The notes beneath the pieces were generated by a model that worked only from the letters and a program-made list of their open reading frames with translations, made no database searches and was not told where the DNA came from. This document shows, piece after piece, positions 8,927-17,002 of a DNA stretch of 22,946 nt; the first letter of the stretch is position 1, and each line of letters starts with the position of its first letter. A program made the position numbers and the translations under genes. Origin of the DNA: Candidatus Heimdallarchaeota archaeon (GTDB taxonomy: Archaea; Asgardarchaeota; Heimdallarchaeia; Heimdallarchaeales; Heimdallarchaeaceae); NCBI GenBank assembly GCA_019057375.1, contig DXJF01000136.1, positions 1 through 22,946 on the forward strand, written 5' to 3'.

Positions 8927-9658
8927 TTAGATAGAATACCAAACTTCCCCTCTTCTATCTTTCTCATATTTAATGAATTCTGTTTCATTAGCTAAGCGGT
9001 CTAGTCTGTTGCTCAAGTCGCCTCTCCATATTCTCATTCGACTAGCAAGTTCAGTTAATGAAACTTTATTTTCTGGCTTGTTTAGTAAAATCTTGAATAT
9101 ACTTCGAATTATATCTCTATCTTGATAAACATAAACTGTTTTCTCAACCAATTCATTTAATCTAATGTAAGCCTTGTTTATCTCTTGAACAAAGACTTTT
9201 CTTTGTGAATCAAGCTTTTGGATATCTACAATGTTTTCTTTTACGCAATCTCTGATATTAGCGAGCTCTTTCGAAATCTGTATTTTAAGCTCTTGCTTCT
9301 TCTTAGATTCTTCTTTTGATGAGTCTTGAACAACTTCACTTGTAGAAAAATAGTTTACATTAAAAGTATTTTGACCAACATCGATGATTAAAGAAAAGGC
9401 TTGATTCAATTTTGCATATTTTCTTGTAGGACCTTTATCACTCACCCTATCCACCATTGACACAATGCCTATATTTTCAAGCTCAGTTAGATATTTTGCT
9501 ATAATCCTTGGAGAAACATCTAACAATCGGGAAAGCTGAAAAGAATAAAGATCTTCTTCTGCTAATAATTCGAGAATTTTTCTTCTAGTAGAGTTTGATA
9601 AAAAGTCTAAGATCTCAAAAACATCTAACTCTTGGTCTTCTTCTGTGTTCCCTAGCAT
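8927..9658 (-). CDS. ArsR-type winged-HTH heat-shock regulator, Phr/HSR1-like (COG1777)
   Basis: N-terminus LDFLSNSTRRKILELL...LSRLLDVS...LENIGIV...GPTRKY...FSLIIDV resembles Pyrococcus Phr. A coiled coil follows. Third gene of hsp20-cdc48; SD GAGGTG at 9664-9669. Confidence 0.8.
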   Translation of the reverse strand: MLGNTEEDQELDVFEILDFLSNSTRRKILELLAEEDLYSFQLSRLLDVSPRIIAKYLTELENIGIVSMVDRVSDKGPTRKYAKLNQAFSLIIDVGQNTFNVNYFSTSEVVQDSSKEESKKKQELKIQISKELANIRDCVKENIVDIQKLDSQRKVFVQEINKAYIRLNELVEKTVYVYQDRDIIRSIFKILLNKPENKVSLTELASRMRIWRGDLSNRLDRLANETEFIKYEKDRRGEVWYSI

Positions 9659-9688
9659 TTTTTCACCTCAACAAATCAGGAAAAGGGA

Positions 9689-11932
<2,244 letters not shown>

Positions 11933-11946
11933 TCATAAATGTAAAA

Positions 11947-12612
11947 TTAGTTAATGGGAATATCTGTACCATTCCCATTTTCGGTTTCCAGCAGCTTAAG
12001 CTTTACTTCTAGAATGCCGTTTTTCATAGTTGCGGAGATTTTTTTCTCCTTATCAATACTATATTGAATAGGGATTTTTGTGTCGATTTGTTTCTTACCA
12101 TTATCTGCTTCTAGTTTTAATCCTTGTTTGACAAATTTTAACTTAACATGTTCCTTAGCAAAACCTGGAAGCTCAACAATTAGATATAACTCTTTGTTGT
12201 TTTTATCGACTTGAAGATCATAAGCTGTTTCATATTCGCTATCCTCTTTTTGAATAGGTGCAGCTATAGTTTTCTCAGTACCACTGACAAGTCTAGGATG
12301 ACCAAAATTCCCAATCAAACGATCTAAACCCGGGAAAATATTGGCAAATCTCTCAAAAGAGCGGGTGAAAAAATCATTATCCAAATTAAAAGATCTTTCA
12401 AGACTGTGAATTTTATCGAAGAATTCTTTCCCATATTCGTCAGGAATCTCCCCTAATTCACTATATTCTTCTTTTCCTTCAGCGTCACGTTTGTAGTCAT
12501 ATCCATACTCTTTTTCAACTCCATTAACATTGGAGTAGAAACGAACAGTTCTGAATTCCTCATTAATACCTTCTGGGAATTCATCTTTATCTCTCTCTTT
12601 CTTGTCTTTCAT
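11947..12612 (-). CDS. hsp20: Archaeal small heat-shock protein Hsp20 (alpha-crystallin domain)
   Basis: C-terminal alpha-crystallin motifs VELPGF..., ISATMKNGILEVKL and IPI tail. The N-terminal YGYDYKRDAEGKEEYSELGEIP resembles the archaeal Hsp20 N-region. The track starts at GTG 12621; ATG 12612 is preferred. Confidence 0.88.
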   Translation of the reverse strand: MKDKKERDKDEFPEGINEEFRTVRFYSNVNGVEKEYGYDYKRDAEGKEEYSELGEIPDEYGKEFFDKIHSLERSFNLDNDFFTRSFERFANIFPGLDRLIGNFGHPRLVSGTEKTIAAPIQKEDSEYETAYDLQVDKNNKELYLIVELPGFAKEHVKLKFVKQGLKLEADNGKKQIDTKIPIQYSIDKEKKISATMKNGILEVKLKLLETENGNGTDIPIN

Positions 12613-12640
12613 TATAATCACTTTAAATTGAAAGTATTTT

Positions 12641-12677
12641 ACTTTCGGTATTGGACTTTCTGTTCAATACTAAAAGT
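12641..12677. promoter_or_regulatory. Palindromic operator over the predicted hsp20 transcription start
   Basis: ACTTT-cg-GTATTGGAC-tttct-GTTCAATAC-ta-AAAGT: inner arms 8/9 complementary, AC-N5-GT core, outer 5-bp arms perfect. Confidence 0.65.
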
Positions 12678-12687
12678 CCCATTCTGA

Positions 12688-12705
12688 TATATAAACCTTT
12701 CTCTC
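12688..12705 (-). promoter_or_regulatory. BRE-TATA promoter of the hsp20-cdc48-regulator operon
   Basis: Minus strand GAGAGAAAGGTTTATATA; expected TSS near 12664. Confidence 0.7.
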
Positions 12706-12781
12706 ATACATTTTGTCTTTAAGAACTAAAAGAATACTCTTATCACTAAGGATTTTTAACCATTATTTTGAAGTGAATAGA

Positions 12782-12979
12782 TTGACTAAACAAAAATCTG
12801 AACAAAAAACTGAACAAAAATCTAGAAGGAAAGCTTATCGATATTATGATGAACGAAGCGAAGAGAGAGAAGTTCAGGCAGATTCAAAAGAACCTTCTAG
12901 AAGTATTTATGGCAGAGCTGCTAAAAAAAATCCTTGGAAGTGGGTAGATTACCTTATCTTTAGGGGAAAGAACTATTAA
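12782..12979 (+). CDS. Small basic hypothetical protein divergent from hsp20
   Basis: The track ORF starts at 12713. TTG 12782 is preceded by AAGTGA and a TTTTTAA box at 12753-12759. Protein-like C-terminus IYGRAAKKNPWKWVDYLIFRGKNY. Confidence 0.55.
   Translation: MTKQKSEQKTEQKSRRKAYRYYDERSEEREVQADSKEPSRSIYGRAAKKNPWKWVDYLIFRGKNY
12789..12824 (+). repeat. Three 12-bp tandem repeats (AACAAAAATCTG / AACAAAAAACTG / AACAAAAATCTA)
   Basis: Read directly; in frame, encoding KQKSEQKTEQKS. Confidence 0.85.
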
Positions 12980-12992
12980 ACAAACTTTTGAT

Positions 12993-13042
12993 TTGACTTA
13001 CAGTTTATTTTCTGAAATCTTTTGGTTTACATTGCAAGAGGA
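12993..13042 (+). repeat. Direct repeat copy A (degenerate duplicate of the tag promoter/leader)
   Basis: 12996-13027 ACTTACAGTTTATTTTCTGAAATCTTTTGGTT is 30/32 identical to 13469-13500. Weaker similarity continues to GAGGA. Confidence 0.9.
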
Positions 13043-13203
13043 TTGAGGAGAATAAGAGTATCTAGTAATATTTGCTAAAGAATAAGAATTGGAAAAAAAG
13101 AGGGAAGAAGGAGCATTTTGGTGAAGTGTAATGTGCTTCTTAGCTTATGTTTGTCACTATTACAATATGTTTATTATATTGAAAAACACATTATTAAGTG
13201 AGA

Positions 13204-13437
13204 ATGGTTTCGACTATATCCATCATATTATTTGTAGTTTTTACTATAATAGTGGTAGCTGGAATTATTCTTCTTGCAGTTTTCTGGTATAAAAAAATTC
13301 TTCAATTTAAACAAAAACTATATGCATCCTCTTCCTTAAAAAATCTGAATGTACCAGATTCAATATACAAAAGGATGGCAGATGATTCTGGAGTAACAGA
13401 ACAGTATGAATATATGCGTAGAAAACTAGTAGGCTAA
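13204..13437 (+). CDS. Small single-pass membrane protein
   Basis: One strong hydrophobic segment (ISIILFVVFTIIVVAGIILLAVFW) followed by YKK, consistent with positive-inside. AAGTGAG lies upstream of ATG 13204 (the track starts at GTG 13198). Confidence 0.7.
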   Translation: MVSTISIILFVVFTIIVVAGIILLAVFWYKKILQFKQKLYASSSLKNLNVPDSIYKRMADDSGVTEQYEYMRRKLVG

Positions 13438-13452
13438 TAATTCATATTTTTA

Positions 13453-13477
13453 ATAGTCTATTGACTATACTTATAGT
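13453..13477. promoter_or_regulatory. Overlapping inverted repeats upstream of the tag TATA box
   Basis: ATAGTC-tatt-GACTAT (13453-13468) and ACTAT-actt-ATAGT (13464-13477); TTTATAT box at 13477-13483. Confidence 0.45.
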
Positions 13478-13515
13478 TTATATTCTGAAATCTTTTGGTT
13501 CATATTATACGAGGA
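13461..13515 (+). repeat. Direct repeat copy B (tag promoter and leader)
   Basis: Contains TTTATAT (13477-13483) and the SD GAGGA (13511-13515) before ATG 13522. Confidence 0.9.
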
Positions 13516-13521
13516 ATAAAG

Positions 13522-14106
13522 ATGGAAGCTAAAAGGTGTTGGGGGGATAAAGATGATCTCTCTAGAGATTACCACGACAATGAATGGGGAACTCCAGTTT
13601 ATGATGATACAATATTATTTGAGTTTATAATTTTAGAAGGAGCACAAGCTGGATTAAACTGGATGACTATACTAAGACGAAGAGAAGGTTATAGAAAAGC
13701 TTTCAATGGTTTCGATTTCAATAAAATAGCCAAATATAACGAGAAGGATGTTGAAAGGTTATTACAAGATGAAGGAATAATCAGAAATAAATTAAAGATT
13801 AACTCTACTATTCTCAACGCTCAAGTCTTCCTAAAGATACGTGAGGAATTTGGAACTTTTAGTAATTTTATCTGGGGATTTGTCGAAAATAAACCCATAA
13901 ATAAAAATGTAAAATCATGGAAAGAAGTTCCAGCTACAACAGAAATTTCAGATAAAATATCAAAGGATCTGAAAAAAAGAGGAATGAAGTTTGTTGGAAG
14001 CACCATTATCTACGCTTTTATGCAAGCTGTTGGTATGGTAAACGATCACTTGGTGGATTGTTTTAAGCATAAAGAAATAACTGCAAAACCACATGAATTT
14101 AACTAG
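13522..14106 (+). CDS. tag: DNA-3-methyladenine glycosylase I
   Basis: RCWG...YHDNEWG, LEGAQAGLNW, GIIRNKLKI, KKRGMKFVGSTIIYAFMQAVGMVNDHLVDC; Zn ligands C/H...H/C present. The track starts at TTG 13495; ATG 13522 has the SD. Confidence 0.96.
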   Translation: MEAKRCWGDKDDLSRDYHDNEWGTPVYDDTILFEFIILEGAQAGLNWMTILRRREGYRKAFNGFDFNKIAKYNEKDVERLLQDEGIIRNKLKINSTILNAQVFLKIREEFGTFSNFIWGFVENKPINKNVKSWKEVPATTEISDKISKDLKKRGMKFVGSTIIYAFMQAVGMVNDHLVDCFKHKEITAKPHEFN

Positions 14107-14120
14107 ATTGATTCTAGAAA

Positions 14121-14127
14121 TTTTTTT
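14121..14127 (+). terminator. T7 terminator after tag
   Basis: T7 run 15 nt after the stop, between convergent genes. Confidence 0.5.
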
Positions 14128-14133
14128 CTCTAT

Positions 14134-14799
14134 TTACCCTAAAGGTTCTTTGAGCTTTGAGTAAATAGCATCCAGTCTTTCATAGAATCCCTTTGTATGA
14201 TAAGTATGAGCAAGTTTCAATTTATACTTATCATAGTGATGTCCCCATTCATGAATCAATGTTCTAAGAAATGTTTTTGGTGCTACATACTTTTTGGTTT
14301 TAGCTGTTCTGCTGTAAACTGAGATTGAATGTCTTTGATTCTCCTCTCCCCGAGTTTTATAAACGCCATAGTATTGACCCCCTCGTCTTGTTAAACGTCT
14401 TTTACCTCCTGTATATACATGTAAATGAGGTAACTTATAGGTTCTGTTTAACTCAGCAAGTGTCTCATTTGCATAGTTATTAATTGCTTCTTCATCTCCA
14501 TTGTTCAAGGCTTCAGCAAGAAACTTCACTGAAACTTGCAGAACCTTAGCACTCCCTCTAGGTAAAGAATTAATTGTTGTTTCCAAAGATTTTTTGTAAT
14601 CTTTAGCTTGGGAAGCAGACCAATTTCTAGTTCTAGTCTTTGGTTTTGGAGGTTTCATTGTAGGAGTTAATAATGAATAAGGAACTCTAAATGTATGAGA
14701 TTCTGTTTTAACTGTAACCGTTTTCTTGTTCTTCCTTACAATACTTCCATGAAGAATTTCACCTTTATATGGAAAACTTACAATTTTAATCTCATTCAT
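14134..14799 (-). CDS. SprT/Wss1-like (minigluzincin-type) Zn metalloprotease with an N-terminal basic SH3/KOW-like domain
   Basis: TLIHEWGHH (HExxH, 14236-14253) plus a downstream HTKGFYERLD (14170-14199). The N-terminus GSIVRKNKKTVTVKTESHTFRVPYSLL looks like a small beta-barrel. Confidence 0.7.
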   Translation of the reverse strand: MNEIKIVSFPYKGEILHGSIVRKNKKTVTVKTESHTFRVPYSLLTPTMKPPKPKTRTRNWSASQAKDYKKSLETTINSLPRGSAKVLQVSVKFLAEALNNGDEEAINNYANETLAELNRTYKLPHLHVYTGGKRRLTRRGGQYYGVYKTRGEENQRHSISVYSRTAKTKKYVAPKTFLRTLIHEWGHHYDKYKLKLAHTYHTKGFYERLDAIYSKLKEPLG

Positions 14800-14868
14800 A
14801 AACTATCTCTCGTACAAGCCTTTCTATTATGTTTTTAGTTTCTGTAATTCTCAAATGATATTGTCATC

Positions 14869-15933
14869 TCACTCTATTAAAAGTGATTGAATTAATTCAT
14901 TGAATCTGGGGATTGAAATGCCAGTAATATCTTTGACCAACTTAGCAACATATTCCAAATGGAAAGCTGTTTCTTTGATCTGTTGTTTTGTTTCATCCCT
15001 TATACCTGCTATTTCCGATTCTTGTTCTAGAAAAATGAACATATCCATAATTCTCCTTGTAGCAGCTAGAATCTCAAAGTATTCTATATCTTGTACTTCT
15101 GACCCCAATATTTCTTCATAAAACTTCAAAACCATATCTCGAATTTCCTTGGATGTGTACGCACCTGTTAACAGCAATGTCCAACCAAGATCTTGACGAA
15201 AATCACCAACAAAACATGCTGGCCAATCAATTACGTATGCTTTGTCTTCTTCTGAAATAATGATATTATGAGGATGATAATCATTATGAAGTATTGAAAT
15301 CCTCTCAAATTTTAAAGTGTGTTTTTTCTCTTTGAGCCATTGAAATATGGGATTTAAATCCTGAAGTTGAAATTTTTCAGCCCTTTTTCCAGAATTTTTT
15401 ATTAATCTATCCAGTAAGTAACTAGGAGTTATTTCTTTATCTGATTCAAAATCTATTGGAAGTATTTTCCAATCCAAATTATGAAGTTCCACGAATAGTT
15501 TTGTTTGTATAGGAAGAATTTCATTTGTGATTTTTTCTAAATTTCCTTCTTGCAAAGCTTTGGTAAAATCATCCCCCATATCCTTGCCACTAATTCTATC
15601 CATAATGATAAAGGGGTATTCGAAATATTCTAAATCCAACTCAAGAACATGAGTTTCTGGTACGGGAAATCCTGCCTTAAACAAAGATGTTAGGACCTCA
15701 AATTCCCATTTAGTTTTCTTTTCGACATTACTAGCTGGATAAATTCTGAGAATTAGTTGCTTTTTTATAGAATCTCCCTCCTCTATGTATTTATATTTAA
15801 ATGAAAATAGCTCTGTTTCCCAACCCTTTGCAAGTGATGTTATTTCTGATATTCTACTTTCTCTCCTTTCTGGGAATTTATTCTCAAAATATCTAGTAAG
15901 ATTTTCTTCAATTGATAAAACTGATAAAGGCAT
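14869..15933 (-). CDS. Aminoglycoside/choline-kinase-like (APH family) phosphotransferase
   Basis: LILRIYP, FPVPETH, PFIIMDRISG, Brenner motif LHNDYHPHNII, IDW. ATG 15933 has a GGAG SD; the track extension to 16014 overlaps ogt. Confidence 0.88.
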   Translation of the reverse strand: MPLSVLSIEENLTRYFENKFPERRESRISEITSLAKGWETELFSFKYKYIEEGDSIKKQLILRIYPASNVEKKTKWEFEVLTSLFKAGFPVPETHVLELDLEYFEYPFIIMDRISGKDMGDDFTKALQEGNLEKITNEILPIQTKLFVELHNLDWKILPIDFESDKEITPSYLLDRLIKNSGKRAEKFQLQDLNPIFQWLKEKKHTLKFERISILHNDYHPHNIIISEEDKAYVIDWPACFVGDFRQDLGWTLLLTGAYTSKEIRDMVLKFYEEILGSEVQDIEYFEILAATRRIMDMFIFLEQESEIAGIRDETKQQIKETAFHLEYVAKLVKDITGISIPRFNELIQSLLIE

Positions 15934-15957
15934 GTAAGAATCTCCAAGTGGTATTTG

Positions 15958-15988
15958 TTTATATACTGAAACAATTAAAAAAAATTGT
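15958..15988 (+). promoter_or_regulatory. TATA box (TTTATATA, 15958-15965) for a probably leaderless ogt, followed by the inverted repeat ACAATT-N6-AATTGT (15971-15988)
   Basis: The TATA box lies about 27 nt upstream of ATG 15992; the palindrome was read directly. Confidence 0.55.
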
Positions 15989-15991
15989 GAT

Positions 15992-16516
15992 ATGATGAAA
16001 ATAGTAATTTCCAAAAATAAAGAAAATTGGGCAGGGATTCTGTTAAATGAAGAAAAACTATACTACTCCCATTCTTCGTTTAAAAACAAGAAAGATGCTA
16101 TTTCCTATTTGTCAAGAATTGTTGATGAAGATGTAAGTGTTGAAGAAAATGAACATCCATATATCAAAGCTTTAATCGGAATTGAAAATGGAACCGATTA
16201 TAATTTACCTAAGATAGAGTTTGACTTTACAGATTTTACTGAAAAGGAAGAAAAGGTATTAAGAACACTATTTGAAGTTCCTGTTGGTGAAACTGTTTCA
16301 TATGGTGAACTGGCTGCTAAAGCAGGTTTTCCAAGAGCTGCTCAATTCGTTGGTAATGTAATGATGAAAAACAGATTTGGTCCAATTATTCCTTGTCATC
16401 GTGTTATTCTATCTAGCGGGAAACTGGGTAAATTCGCAGGAAAAGCAAACAATCCAAGGAAGAAACAGTTACTTGATCAAGAAAGAAGAACAAAGGGATT
16501 AAATAGTTTTCTTTAA
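15992..16516 (+). CDS. ogt: Methylated-DNA--protein-cysteine methyltransferase (O6-alkylguanine DNA alkyltransferase)
   Basis: VPVGETVSYGELA, active-site IIPCHRV, SSGKLGKFAG. Confidence 0.93.
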   Translation: MMKIVISKNKENWAGILLNEEKLYYSHSSFKNKKDAISYLSRIVDEDVSVEENEHPYIKALIGIENGTDYNLPKIEFDFTDFTEKEEKVLRTLFEVPVGETVSYGELAAKAGFPRAAQFVGNVMMKNRFGPIIPCHRVILSSGKLGKFAGKANNPRKKQLLDQERRTKGLNSFL

Positions 16517-16547
16517 TCTACTAGAGTCCTTTATCTGAAAGAGGAAA

Positions 16548-16943
16548 TTAACCCATTGAATGAATATATTTTGGTTTTATCCTTATTAATATCCTAATTT
16601 CACCTTCAGGAAGTGGATACCTATCTTTACCCATATACTTCTTAGCAAGTTTGTTAATATGATCTTCAGCTCCTTCCTCTGTCACCTCTATTATATCCCC
16701 TTGAACTCCAAGATATCTATAAGGATTAGAACTATCAAGAACACTCAAAGCAACCTTTGATCCTACTGTCATATTTCTTGTTTTCTTTCGTCCCTTTGCA
16801 GTATTTACTAGAATTTCGTTTGTATTCAAATCGTAATCAATCCACATAGGAGTAACTTGGGGAGAGCCATCTGGATTTATAGTAGCAATATTAGCAATAT
16901 TCTTACCAAGAAGTAAATCTTGATTTTCTTTTGTAATGTTCAT
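16548..16943 (-). CDS. PPOX-class (split beta-barrel) F420-dependent oxidoreductase, Rv1155-like
   Basis: IATINPDGSPQVTPMW, NTAKGRKKTRN, NPYRYLGVQG, HINKLAKKYMG..YP...E.R. The track starts at TTG 16952. Confidence 0.88.
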   Translation of the reverse strand: MNITKENQDLLLGKNIANIATINPDGSPQVTPMWIDYDLNTNEILVNTAKGRKKTRNMTVGSKVALSVLDSSNPYRYLGVQGDIIEVTEEGAEDHINKLAKKYMGKDRYPLPEGEIRILIRIKPKYIHSMG

Positions 16944-17002
16944 TTTCACCAATTCAATATTCTCAAATTAGATAATAAATCTATTTTTTTCTCAAAAAAG
17001 AC

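Noticed and set aside
12980-13515. Direct repeats as a CRISPR array or IS target-site duplication
   Set aside because: Only two copies 473 bp apart, with no cas or transposase gene and no terminal inverted repeats. Kept as a duplication scar instead.
13506-13516. 11-mer TATACGAGGAA shared with 19413-19423
   Set aside because: An 11-bp match is expected by chance in 23 kb of AT-rich sequence, and it includes a generic SD.
14869-16014. Calling the kinase an aminoglycoside-resistance gene, and using the 16014 start
   Set aside because: The APH fold is widespread with diverse substrates. The long start overlaps ogt and its promoter, whereas ATG 15933 has an SD.
16526-16545. Small bulged hairpin TCCTTT-ATCTG-AAAGAGGA between convergent ogt and PPOX genes
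   Set aside because: Too short and weak to call a terminator.
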